Sequence record: MN850574.1
Strand: one strand, 5' to 3'
Source: Escherichia phage kaaroe
DNA length: 64,000 nucleotides
Each line of letters starts with the position of its first letter. The first letter of the stretch is position 1. Both the position numbers and the translations under genes were made by a program. Below the pieces are notes generated by a model. That model saw only the letters and a list, made by a program, of their open reading frames with translations. It made no database searches and had not been told where the DNA came from. This document shows, piece after piece, positions 16,658 through 26,360 of this stretch.

Positions 16658-19420
16658 TTAATTCTTTTTAAGTTCCGCTAGTTCAGCTTTAACGGCATTC
16701 AATTCTTCGCTCATTTCCTGAAACGCCTTAATTAAAAGAGCGTTGACAGCAGAGTTAGAAATTGTTAAGATCTCTTCTGGCTTATCGGGATCGCCGATGT
16801 TAGAAGTTGTTACTGCTTCCGGTAATTCTTTTTCAAGATCCTGAGCAATAATACCAACTTCATGAGCAATGACAGTACGGTCGGTTAAAGATTTAACCTT
16901 GTCATAGGTGTATACCGTCAAGCGATTAACTTTATCAGTGGCATTCTCCTTATACTCTTCCTTGTTGATTTTAAGGCGAGCATCAGAGCGAATGTAAACG
17001 TCGTTAAAGTTACCATTGCGTCCAGCTTGGAAATCGCCGTTTTTATAGAAGGTAGTATTAGATTCAACACCAGAACCTTTAACATGAACTCGCCATGAAC
17101 CTTCATTAAGAAGCATACCCAACGAGAATGTTACTGCACCTTGAACATAACGTTGCTTGATCAAAGGAACATATGTAGACGCATCACCACGGTCTAAACG
17201 TTGGAAAATAGGTGCTTTGACGTTATCATCATGTTGAGATGCAAAAGAACCAGCACCCGCAGAACCAGAATCTATAGTAATGACGCTAGCGCCGCGTTGA
17301 ATAGCATTACCAAAATTCAGACTACCGCCTACGTTAGCATCGCTTCCGCTATAGAAAGAACCTGCAACAGAGAACTTAACCGGACCAGTTCCACCCGCAG
17401 TACGTTCGGTATACCAATGATAACTTGTTGCATCCGTACATTCAAAAACTTGTTTTCGTGATTCATTACCCCATGTATGGAGACTAAATTGCGAAGAAGA
17501 ACCACGGTTAGCATGGAATGTAATTTCGCCAGATTCTACACGCACAAATCCTTTAAATCGCGCAGTAATTTCACCGGTTGCCATTTTACGTTCAGTTGTG
17601 AAGTGTGCACCGCTATTGTCTTCAAACTGCAAAATGTTATCACGGGCGTTATTGCTATCACCCCAATGGTTGATTTTAAAGAAATCACGAGATCCTAATC
17701 GTCCACTAGAGAAATGAAGGAAACCTTTTTCTACATAAACATCACCCGTAAAACGAGCGGCTTTGCTTGCACGTTCTAACGTTAATGCAGCTTCGTTACC
17801 GTCACCGCCTAATTGAACGTTACCGGAAGTCAAATCGTAAATGAATGGTCGGTTGCCGTTCCACCCACCAAAACGATCATTTTCGGCAGTAGAAAGAAGA
17901 TAAACTTTAGTGCCGTCATTACGCCAGAATGCACCATAATTACCAAAGATCATACGGTATGCATCAGAATTGGCAGCTACATATTGACCATTAGTGTATA
18001 CAATTTTGGTTGCACCTGCGCTTAAAGATACTTGACCACTTGCTTCTAGCTTAACAAAGTTTTTACCTTCGTCACTATACCATTGAAAATCGTTGGTTTC
18101 TGTAGAACCAAAACCAAACCAGCCTTGACGTTTATTAGCCCCGTCTCGCTGATCCATATATTCAAAATAGTTACTACAACCAGTAGGACGCCACATACGA
18201 ATCGCGTTATTGCCTTGCAGATGAAGTCTATTGACAAATAAACCATCACTACCAACAATTTTTAATACTTCTTTTTGGTCGGTGGAACCAGTAGCCAAAC
18301 GATACACATCACCTTGAACAGTTTCATGCCATATTGTTTCCGCCGCACGACTGCGGAATTTACGCATATATTTTTTATTGTTGTCTGGTACGTTATTAAG
18401 GCTCACAATATCATAGGTTGCTTGTGAGTTATTATCAAACATCAACGTTCCGGCTTTGTTTTCTGTGTTGAACATCGTAATAACACGAGCATCAAATTTA
18501 GTTCCGGTTGCTGGTGCAGTCGCCGAAAATTCAGGAACATCATAAACAGTCAATGCGACGTCAACAGTTTTTCCAAACTCTACAATAACGTTATCGGTGT
18601 AACGACCATAGTTAACATAAATGTCATAGTTATCACCGGAAGTATTAATTGCAAATACTTCATGGACGTTCAAAGAATTTCGACGATATGCAGCAATAGT
18701 AACACCTTTAGGATTTCCATTCCCACCACGAATCACGATTTCAAGGAAATCCACCTGGTCGTAGGATTTAACATTAAATCCGTTTCCACCATAGATACGA
18801 ATAAATGCCATTTTTCCTTGCTGGGGGATCATTGCGGTTGCAATCTTAAAGTAGCCACGAGTTGCGTCACCGGAAGGAACAGACATTTTAACGTTCTTAA
18901 CAAACATACGGTCAATTTCTTGTTTGCTATAAACGTTCAATTCTCCTGGAGTTGGTTTATCACCTTCGTGATACATTTTATAACTAAATGCTTTTTGACC
19001 TTCTCTATTATAGCCATAAGTTTCTACACGCGATCCAGTGTGCCCATACTGGAAAGTAAATCCTCGACCATGTTGGACACCGGAAGAGTGAGGAACGTTT
19101 AGCGTGAGTTCGAGAAGACCATCAAGACCATTGGTACGGAAAGCGCCAAAGTAGTTAAGATCTCTCGCTGTCTGATCTTCCAGATAGTTAGCGGTTTTAC
19201 TTAAGATATAATTATTACCTTTAACCTTACCCGCCATTGTAACATCGCGGTCATAAACCGGAGGACAACTTAAATTGATAATAGTACCGGAATCATTTTT
19301 AGTAAGAAGATATTGATCCGCAAGGTTGATTGCCAATTCCCCCGGATTCATCGTACTAGCATCAGGTTTACGACCTTTAGTGCTAGTGCGTTTAAATTGG
19401 ATTCTGCTTAAATCTGCCAT
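16658..19420 (-). CDS. 37: long tail fibre distal subunit
   Basis: 920 aa; N-terminus MADLSRIQFKRTSTKGRKPDASTMNPGELAINL resembles T4 gp37. Confidence 0.88.
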   Translation of the reverse strand: MADLSRIQFKRTSTKGRKPDASTMNPGELAINLADQYLLTKNDSGTIINLSCPPVYDRDVTMAGKVKGNNYILSKTANYLEDQTARDLNYFGAFRTNGLDGLLELTLNVPHSSGVQHGRGFTFQYGHTGSRVETYGYNREGQKAFSYKMYHEGDKPTPGELNVYSKQEIDRMFVKNVKMSVPSGDATRGYFKIATAMIPQQGKMAFIRIYGGNGFNVKSYDQVDFLEIVIRGGNGNPKGVTIAAYRRNSLNVHEVFAINTSGDNYDIYVNYGRYTDNVIVEFGKTVDVALTVYDVPEFSATAPATGTKFDARVITMFNTENKAGTLMFDNNSQATYDIVSLNNVPDNNKKYMRKFRSRAAETIWHETVQGDVYRLATGSTDQKEVLKIVGSDGLFVNRLHLQGNNAIRMWRPTGCSNYFEYMDQRDGANKRQGWFGFGSTETNDFQWYSDEGKNFVKLEASGQVSLSAGATKIVYTNGQYVAANSDAYRMIFGNYGAFWRNDGTKVYLLSTAENDRFGGWNGNRPFIYDLTSGNVQLGGDGNEAALTLERASKAARFTGDVYVEKGFLHFSSGRLGSRDFFKINHWGDSNNARDNILQFEDNSGAHFTTERKMATGEITARFKGFVRVESGEITFHANRGSSSQFSLHTWGNESRKQVFECTDATSYHWYTERTAGGTGPVKFSVAGSFYSGSDANVGGSLNFGNAIQRGASVITIDSGSAGAGSFASQHDDNVKAPIFQRLDRGDASTYVPLIKQRYVQGAVTFSLGMLLNEGSWRVHVKGSGVESNTTFYKNGDFQAGRNGNFNDVYIRSDARLKINKEEYKENATDKVNRLTVYTYDKVKSLTDRTVIAHEVGIIAQDLEKELPEAVTTSNIGDPDKPEEILTISNSAVNALLIKAFQEMSEELNAVKAELAELKKN
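16661..16987 (-). other. C-terminal intramolecular chaperone domain of gp37 (predicted autoproteolytic)
   Basis: SDARLK motif then ~105 aa ending in coiled-coil AVKAELAELKK, as in T5 pb1 / endosialidase chaperone domains. Confidence 0.6.
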
Positions 19421-19458
19421 TTTATAAAATCCTTAAACGGTTATTAGAATAATATTAT

Positions 19459-19485
19459 TTAGAAAAGCGGGGATTGTCTCCCCGC
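19459..19485 (-). terminator. hairpin between genes 36 and 37 (terminator or attenuator)
   Basis: GCGGGGA / TCCCCGC stem; on the minus strand followed by TTTTCT. Confidence 0.45.
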
Positions 19486-19490
19486 TAAAA

Positions 19491-20981
19491 TTAGAAAGTA
19501 CCAAAATCAATCACCGCATTAAGTGGAACTGCGCCAACATCAGCCGGAGTAGGTTTATTACCTTCATGATAAAGCTGATAGCGGTCCACGGTTTGAGTAT
19601 TGTTTCTAGAACGGAAAAACACGACCTTTGAGTCGTGGGTGATCCCCAGCTTTTCGGTCCCTTTAATATCACTAATGCGGTGAATCATAGCAGTACCATC
19701 AGCACCGCTTAACGCCGCATAACAGTTATCCCCGTTATAGTTAGTTTTAGCTGTTCTAACACCGTTTGCAGCCGGAACAGTTAACGGTCCTGTCATGGTA
19801 TCGCCAGTGACGTTAACATAGCGAATATCAGCCAATTTACGGTGATCTACATAGTTCCATGCAGTCCATGATTCATTAGAACACGAACGCCAGCACATCG
19901 GATGGTCAATAGATTCAGGATAATACACCTGAACAATTCGACGAGTACCAACAGCATCTTCTGGGCGATATACCATCAAAACGCCGTTATAATAGCTATC
20001 AGACGGTTTATTAGTACCTGATCCAGCATTTTCCACACGATAGATACCGCGATTAATAAGAGTGTTCCAATCAACGTTTCCAATGATGGTTGGATTTGCT
20101 ACCATTGATTTTCTCTCAAAGTAGCTCAAACGAACCAATTCATTAGGACCAGCAGGATCGTTTGTCGCCAACATTCTAGGCGCTTGCAAGTTACCTTCCA
20201 TAATATCACCAGCACGTTTAACCTGTGCATCATTGGTGACATTGCCTAGCCCAACATCGGCTTTAGTTGGTTTATTGTTGGTGTGATAAAAACGACCTTC
20301 TCTGCCATTAACAAAAATGGTAGGCTCATCTTTACTTCGGAAGACCAACGTGTCAAGAACGTTACCATAATAGATCTTAGTCGCATCAAAATTAATTAAA
20401 TCACGTTCCCTTGCAATTAATTTCGAATCAACCGATAGTTTAACAGTGACAGTGTTTAAATTATATGTTCCTGTGAGGGTATCACCGCGACGAGACACCA
20501 AATCTAAATCATTATTCGTTGGTTTATTAACAGGGCTATAGACGCGTTGACCTGTGTCTTTAATGGTTGTCCCTTCGATAGTCCCTTTAGACTTAAATTC
20601 GCCCGTTGTGGTGTCAATATACGCCATAATAACGCCATCACGGGCATTAACAAAGCCGATTGACTTCCATGAATGCAAACCCCAGCTTACGCCGTCAAAA
20701 TTAGCAGCGTCGCTCTGACCTTTAAAGATACCATTCTTTTTGGTTTCTCCAGCCGATGCGCTACCTACGCTTAAACCTTCCTCGAAATGAACTTGCTTTT
20801 GAAATGTGCCACCTTCGGATGCACTAACAGCATCAAAATCGGTAGCCGAAGGTCTATCAAAAGCGGTATAGATTTTATGACCTTTGTAGAAAAGCTGATC
20901 CCCCGCTGGCTGGATCGTCAAGTTTCCTTGCGTCCAAATGGGAGATCCACCTACAGTAGATCCATATTTCAAATCTGCCAT
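19491..20981 (-). CDS. 36: long tail fibre protein gp36 (enlarged, 496 aa)
   Basis: N-terminus MADLKYGSTVGGSPIWTQGNLTIQPAGD resembles T4 gp36. Confidence 0.85.
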   Translation of the reverse strand: MADLKYGSTVGGSPIWTQGNLTIQPAGDQLFYKGHKIYTAFDRPSATDFDAVSASEGGTFQKQVHFEEGLSVGSASAGETKKNGIFKGQSDAANFDGVSWGLHSWKSIGFVNARDGVIMAYIDTTTGEFKSKGTIEGTTIKDTGQRVYSPVNKPTNNDLDLVSRRGDTLTGTYNLNTVTVKLSVDSKLIARERDLINFDATKIYYGNVLDTLVFRSKDEPTIFVNGREGRFYHTNNKPTKADVGLGNVTNDAQVKRAGDIMEGNLQAPRMLATNDPAGPNELVRLSYFERKSMVANPTIIGNVDWNTLINRGIYRVENAGSGTNKPSDSYYNGVLMVYRPEDAVGTRRIVQVYYPESIDHPMCWRSCSNESWTAWNYVDHRKLADIRYVNVTGDTMTGPLTVPAANGVRTAKTNYNGDNCYAALSGADGTAMIHRISDIKGTEKLGITHDSKVVFFRSRNNTQTVDRYQLYHEGNKPTPADVGAVPLNAVIDFGTF

Positions 20982-21015
20982 AAAGTAACCTCAAAAAATT
21001 AGTTATAGTTCCGAG

Positions 21016-21023
21016 TATTTATA
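21016..21023 (-). promoter_or_regulatory. T4-type late promoter (TATAAATA) for gene 36
   Basis: Exact TATAAATA on the minus strand about 35 nt upstream of the gene 36 start. Confidence 0.6.
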
Positions 21024-21140
21024 GAATGTTAACAAAATATCGCTTCGCGACGTGCCGTAGGCACTGGCTATTTTTTAACCGAAACAAATTTCTATTATTC
21101 TAAAGATCTTTCTTCGTTTTGGTTACATTTTAACCAACTG

Positions 21141-21174
21141 TATAAAAAATAAAGCCGACCACATGGGTCGGCTT
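21141..21174 (-). terminator. intrinsic terminator after gene 35
   Basis: AAGCCGACC / GGTCGGCTT stem with T-run on the minus strand. Confidence 0.55.
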
Positions 21175-21184
21175 GTTAAAAATG

Positions 21185-22324
21185 TTAATCAACATCGAAC
21201 TCTTTAAAGTTGTTGGATGTGATGTGTTTATTATCTCTGGGTAGTTTAAGAAGACTCATTACAGGGTTAGTAAAATCACCGTTATCCTGAATATGAGTTG
21301 TTCTAACACCATTAACACCAAATGAAGTAGGACCAGTAGTTTTGACAACTCCACTGATCGGCGTTATTAGTATGTTTCTAATTTTAACAATACCTTCATT
21401 GGAGTTGGTTGGATATCTGATACAACCAGTTACTACACTATCAACTCCTTCCGGTACGGTATAGACGGCTTCAAACTTTTCCCATTGGTCTTTTTTGCTG
21501 GCATTGTATCGAACACCAGTTTGATATTGTCCATCGGTGAAGTAGTTGTGATAGAAACGCGCTGTTACGTTGGCTGCGGCTGCGGCACTATCACGGAACA
21601 ATTCAAAGGATATTGATAGTTTGTCACCTGCCTTTATGTTAAAATCCTCAAGTGGGGCGCTGGTCTCATCATGAGGCCATTGTATTAGCTCGAAATGTTC
21701 GGCATCTTCGCTAACATACTCAACCGGATAATCTAAAAATCGTTGTGGTGTTCCTGTTATAGCAAGATCATCTATAGTATCATAGACTTTCTCAATTTGT
21801 ATAGATGAATCTTGTCCTTCCCCGTGAGTTGCTTGCATCCCTTCGCACACAATTTTACCCATTTTAGTAGAATAAATTGCTGCATATGATACACGAGGCA
21901 TTTGCTGTAGCAAAATGTGATTCGGGAATGATACAGATCCCAGCTTAGAGAATACACCATCACTGATCGGATCTGCAAACAATTCTCCATGCGTTGCCAT
22001 CGCAATGATATAGTCACCTTTCAGCAAAGAAAGATAATCACGCATTGCCAAAACAGCACCGCGACCATAGAATACCTTTTCTTCGTGTAGTTGTCCAGTT
22101 GGAGTAAGAACTTTAAAATTTAGGCCATTTTCATAGCCAGTGCCAACGATCTCCACTCCATTAAATCTAATCCTTGCTGGTTTGGTAGAATCCGCATTAG
22201 ATCCGCGCACTTCCAGCTTATACATCACAGAGTTATTTTCTGAAATGCTGGTAAATGTCGCAGAGTCTTCGTCGAAATGCGCAAACCTAATTCCAGTGTT
22301 GCGTAATTCTATATCTTGTGTCAT
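21185..22324 (-). CDS. 35: long tail fibre hinge connector
   Basis: 379 aa; between genes 34 and 36. Confidence 0.75.
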   Translation of the reverse strand: MTQDIELRNTGIRFAHFDEDSATFTSISENNSVMYKLEVRGSNADSTKPARIRFNGVEIVGTGYENGLNFKVLTPTGQLHEEKVFYGRGAVLAMRDYLSLLKGDYIIAMATHGELFADPISDGVFSKLGSVSFPNHILLQQMPRVSYAAIYSTKMGKIVCEGMQATHGEGQDSSIQIEKVYDTIDDLAITGTPQRFLDYPVEYVSEDAEHFELIQWPHDETSAPLEDFNIKAGDKLSISFELFRDSAAAAANVTARFYHNYFTDGQYQTGVRYNASKKDQWEKFEAVYTVPEGVDSVVTGCIRYPTNSNEGIVKIRNILITPISGVVKTTGPTSFGVNGVRTTHIQDNGDFTNPVMSLLKLPRDNKHITSNNFKEFDVD

Positions 22325-22335
22325 AATAACCCCAT

Positions 22336-22353
22336 AGGGGGCTTTCGCCCCCT
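22336..22353 (-). other. stable GCGAAAGC-type hairpin between genes 34 and 35
   Basis: GGGGGCGAAAGCCCCC on the minus strand; no T-run. Confidence 0.5.
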
Positions 22354-22357
22354 TTAA

Positions 22358-25300
22358 TTAGTCTTCCCAGATAAAGTCTACGGTACGAGTCAGATTATTG
22401 GCGATGATTTTAACATTACCAACTTTGATCCAATCACGAACCGTCATAGAGTTCATTAAACCACCTTCTGCAACTACTGCCCCGATTTCCTGAGCGGTAG
22501 GCTTATTCTGTTTGGTGTAAATTTCACCCCATGCTGTCCATTGACCACCAGTACCGGAACGGATATAATGTTTATGAGTACCATCAGGGGACCAAAGCTG
22601 GGTAAGCCCGTCCGCGTCAGTACCCCATTGCATCAGAGTACCGTTTTTCTTCTCTGGATAAGTTTCTTTGATGTTCTGGGTAGTAACTCGCATATTCCAG
22701 AAACCGATGTTACCGATTGCCGGAGCGGTTGCCGCGCTAGCTTCATGCTTAACAGAAACAATAGGCGCATTATCCATAGTCAGCTTACCGACCATTGTAT
22801 CGCCAGCATTCTTAACAAACTGACGGTTAAGAACTTCGTCGGCGTTTCCTGCGTGTACGATCTGATATTTCTGTCCGGCGATCTCTGTAGTTAACGTTTG
22901 ATGACCTGCCTTGATGTTAACACTTCCACCGTGACCGATATTCAGCATACCATCTGAGGAACGAGTCATTGCCGGATTAGACTGGTCAACTATGTATAAA
23001 CCGCCTTGTTTCGCATACAGGTTACGACCTGCAATAAAGTCTCTATATGCTGTCGCGTCGCCATTGTGTTTCATAGCAAAGGCGTAATGCTCAACGACTC
23101 CACCATCATTGATTTTACCGAAAGCGATAGCATCACTATCAACAACTTGCGCTGTTCCAGTACCACCAACGATAATAGACCAAGAGTTTTTCATGCCTTC
23201 CGATGCGGTTGTGCCATGCAGAGTAATTCCGGTGTGACCGTCAACTCCACGCTCACCCAACACCAGATGACCATTACTCGGAACATCGGTCGAGTTCTTA
23301 GTCACAGACAGAGTTTCAAAGGAACCTGATTTTAAGCACTCTAAATCGCCCTTCACGTTAACGTTTTTATTAAACGTGTAATTGCTCTCTATGGTCTGAT
23401 CAATGTCTCTACGCGCCCATTTAGCGGCCTCTACGTTACCCAATTTCAAACTATTCTGAGCGGTTGCCATCTTAGGTAAGAAATTAGCAAGTGCGTAGTT
23501 TAATCCTTTAGGGGTAACAGCAATTCCGTCATGCTGGTAGTTTCCTAGTTCTTGAGTAGAACCTTGCAGATTATCACCAACAAAACAGTTTTCCTGAGTA
23601 GCAACTTTCAAGAAGCCACGACGCGCTTCGGTTGCTTTCCATGTATCCTCTGTCTGAACAACATATTTGAAGTTCTTCGGAGAAATTGCTACATTGTCCA
23701 TAATACCAGCCACGGTTTCGGCTTGAGTACCAACTCGGATAATACCTTCTTTACCTTCGGTGGCCTTTTTGCCTTGCAGCTTTTTAGGCGTGATGATTGT
23801 AGTATCATCTTGACCAGCGTCAGTAAGCTGAGTAGTCGCAACTTTAGCGACACCTTTTGTATCTTCGGTTGCATCCAGACCGCTGATCATGATACCTTGC
23901 CACAAATCACCAGTAAGGTTAAGCCCCTGAGTCGGATCTACTTTCAAACGCTGTGCATTCTCAAAGAAGGTTTTAATCTTCAATGGGGTAGAAATGCGAT
24001 CATCGTCACGACCTGCGTCAAATTCCGGCTGAGTTGCAATTTCTGCTAAACCGTGTAAAGTTTCCGTTGCGCGGCGAGTATGCAACTTTTTAGGCGTGAT
24101 GATATGGTTATCACTTTGACCTAAGTTTGTTTCTTCCTGAGTTGCAATTTCAGCGATACCAGTGCGCGATTCGGTAGCAGTACGTTTCGTTAGCGTGCGA
24201 GTCGTGATGAGTAAAGCATCTTGCTGGGTTGATTCTGTAGCCCCTTGCACTTCCGCGTCAGTTGCCAGATAGCCAACACCACGGGAAGTTTCGGTCGCCT
24301 TGACTTCGTTGATGTTTTTTGGCGTAACAATTTTAGCATGGTCATTGATGTTATAGATCCCTGTACCAGCTTCGCCACGTCGAGCGGCAGCACTGCCGCC
24401 AGCCTGAACAATTTCAGCAATACCAGCGAGATCTTCGGAAGCGCGACGTTCTTCTAATTTCTTAGGAGTAATAGCGCGGGTATCGTCTAAACCTTCATTG
24501 GTTTCGTGCTGGGTTGCAATTTCCATCACACCACGACGGGCTTCGGTAGCAACACAGTCATTTAACTTTTTAGGCGTAACGATAACATCATCCAGGAAGT
24601 TGGAACCAGTATCTTGATGCGTTTCCGCTTGAGTCGCAATGCGAGCAATACCGCGTCGAGTTTCGTTGGCGGTTTTATTAGCCAGCATTTTTGGTGTTAC
24701 TGCAACTTCGTCGCTAGGATTCTCTTCATGGTTTTTATTCGTTTCAGTTTGGGTAGCCAGTGCAATTACACCAACACGATCTTTACGAGTCGGATCTACT
24801 CGTTCTACAATCGGGTGAGCATGTGCCACCAACCAGTATTTCTTACCATCATCACCTTCTGAATAAGAGAACTCCAGATAAGGTACATAATCATTTGCAG
24901 CGTTGAAAGACAATTCAGATACTCCCGTCCATGTATCGGTCCCATTGAATGGGTACTCGCTACGCTTAGGAAACTGAACCATGTTTTTCTGCATAAGGAT
25001 TTTTGTATCCTCTGTGGCGGTGATAATACGGCAATTCTGGTTTCCGTTCATATACTGCATAGAAACTTGAATACGATCACCCGGCTCGACATTGGTCGGC
25101 AGCGTCAGAGTAACATCACGACCACCAAATACAGCAACATAGCTATTAGGTTGCAAGCGAGTGTCATCGATGATCGGTTTAAGACGAACAGACTGATCAC
25201 CATCCCACAAACGCCATAAGTTTTCCGTCTTGTCAAAGATGAATACACCATGACCGCTACGCTTACCGATAATCTCTTTTAGACCGGACGTGCCAATTGA

Positions 25301-26098
25301 TTGTTCTTCTGCGTGCTCATGAACTTTAACCGTAACGTGGTTGGTTGCGGTTAATCCGTCAAGGTCTGTAGTCTGGATCATGTCGCCATTGTTGGCAAAC
25401 TTAGGAAGCACTAAGGTAATATTACCCAACGAACTACGACGAAATACCTGATCACCATTCTGCATTTGAATAGCATCAATCGCTGGCTGTGCGTACACAC
25501 CGCGTGGCTCTGTTCCTGTCTGATAAACATGCCAACGATTACGAACAAAGATGAAATAGTTCATTGCATACGGGGTAGTGCAATACCATTTTCGGTTGTA
25601 CACATTACCGTTATGGTAAAACTCATGTCCTGTACTCAAGAACGATAATTCGTTAACACCACACTTGCCACCGATATCTTTTACTGTTATAGTGTCTCCC
25701 TCTGCTGGTTTAGTTGGCATAGAGAAAGTCAAGTTTGCAAATTGACCATCTGCTGCGATATAATCACCAGACTGTAAAGGAGTATCACCGGAAGTTGCTG
25801 CAATATAATCCCAACGTGGGTCCGTGCGCAGTGCTTGCCATTTAGTCGGGTCAAAATCACCTGCTGGCTTTGTGATATCTTCTTTTGCATAATACGGACG
25901 GTTTTGATAGATTGTAGTTCCGTATTGATCATAACCGCGAGTTGTGTCATACTGAGTAATACCATTATGGTAATTGAAAAATTCAACGTTGACCGCATCG
26001 GTGTTGACATTCTTATCAGCCAATGCTACATTGACGACCTTTTCATTACCAGCGTCAAAGCCAAATGTGGCCTTGAAATGTTGAGAAAAATCTGCCAT
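22358..26098 (-). CDS. 34: long tail fibre proximal subunit
   Basis: 1246 aa; about nine GxAxxAT(Q)xE repeats (GIARIATQAET, GVMEIATQHET, GIAEIATQEET...). Confidence 0.88.
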   Translation of the reverse strand: MADFSQHFKATFGFDAGNEKVVNVALADKNVNTDAVNVEFFNYHNGITQYDTTRGYDQYGTTIYQNRPYYAKEDITKPAGDFDPTKWQALRTDPRWDYIAATSGDTPLQSGDYIAADGQFANLTFSMPTKPAEGDTITVKDIGGKCGVNELSFLSTGHEFYHNGNVYNRKWYCTTPYAMNYFIFVRNRWHVYQTGTEPRGVYAQPAIDAIQMQNGDQVFRRSSLGNITLVLPKFANNGDMIQTTDLDGLTATNHVTVKVHEHAEEQSIGTSGLKEIIGKRSGHGVFIFDKTENLWRLWDGDQSVRLKPIIDDTRLQPNSYVAVFGGRDVTLTLPTNVEPGDRIQVSMQYMNGNQNCRIITATEDTKILMQKNMVQFPKRSEYPFNGTDTWTGVSELSFNAANDYVPYLEFSYSEGDDGKKYWLVAHAHPIVERVDPTRKDRVGVIALATQTETNKNHEENPSDEVAVTPKMLANKTANETRRGIARIATQAETHQDTGSNFLDDVIVTPKKLNDCVATEARRGVMEIATQHETNEGLDDTRAITPKKLEERRASEDLAGIAEIVQAGGSAAARRGEAGTGIYNINDHAKIVTPKNINEVKATETSRGVGYLATDAEVQGATESTQQDALLITTRTLTKRTATESRTGIAEIATQEETNLGQSDNHIITPKKLHTRRATETLHGLAEIATQPEFDAGRDDDRISTPLKIKTFFENAQRLKVDPTQGLNLTGDLWQGIMISGLDATEDTKGVAKVATTQLTDAGQDDTTIITPKKLQGKKATEGKEGIIRVGTQAETVAGIMDNVAISPKNFKYVVQTEDTWKATEARRGFLKVATQENCFVGDNLQGSTQELGNYQHDGIAVTPKGLNYALANFLPKMATAQNSLKLGNVEAAKWARRDIDQTIESNYTFNKNVNVKGDLECLKSGSFETLSVTKNSTDVPSNGHLVLGERGVDGHTGITLHGTTASEGMKNSWSIIVGGTGTAQVVDSDAIAFGKINDGGVVEHYAFAMKHNGDATAYRDFIAGRNLYAKQGGLYIVDQSNPAMTRSSDGMLNIGHGGSVNIKAGHQTLTTEIAGQKYQIVHAGNADEVLNRQFVKNAGDTMVGKLTMDNAPIVSVKHEASAATAPAIGNIGFWNMRVTTQNIKETYPEKKNGTLMQWGTDADGLTQLWSPDGTHKHYIRSGTGGQWTAWGEIYTKQNKPTAQEIGAVVAEGGLMNSMTVRDWIKVGNVKIIANNLTRTVDFIWED

Positions 26099-26126
26099 TA
26101 TTGGGTCTCCTTTTATAGTATGTTCA

Positions 26127-26134
26127 TATTTATA
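26127..26134 (-). promoter_or_regulatory. T4-type late promoter (TATAAATA) for gene 34
   Basis: Exact TATAAATA on the minus strand ~28 nt upstream of the ATG, then AAAAGGAG SD. Confidence 0.65.
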
Positions 26135-26172
26135 AAATAAGGCTTGATAGAAACAAAAGAGGATGATATATT

Positions 26173-26358
26173 ATGGTTAAAGTTGATTTGTCAGAAGGTG
26201 CAAAATGGGTAGTTGACAGAATCCCTGATAAGGATTACAATTATTTCCGCGCCGAATTAAACAATGCAATTCTGCGAGTTATGGAGAAGTACGGGTATGA
26301 CCGTGAAGTATCTAACTCGTTTGGCGAATATGTTGTTGTGAGAGTGGAGAGAACTTAA
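26173..26358 (+). CDS. hypothetical protein (61 aa)
   Basis: ORF track; AGAGGA SD; divergent from gene 34. Confidence 0.5.
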   Translation: MVKVDLSEGAKWVVDRIPDKDYNYFRAELNNAILRVMEKYGYDREVSNSFGEYVVVRVERT

Positions 26359-26360
26359 TT

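Noticed and set aside
17201-19102. Plus-strand ORFs (17201, 17477, 17813, 18662) within gene 37
   Set aside because: Antisense to gene 37, Cys/Ser/Thr-rich low-complexity products; spurious.
22541-26140. Several plus-strand ORFs (22541, 23006, 23552, 24245, 24614, 25835) within gene 34
   Set aside because: All antisense to the tail fibre gene with low-complexity translations and no RBS; spurious.
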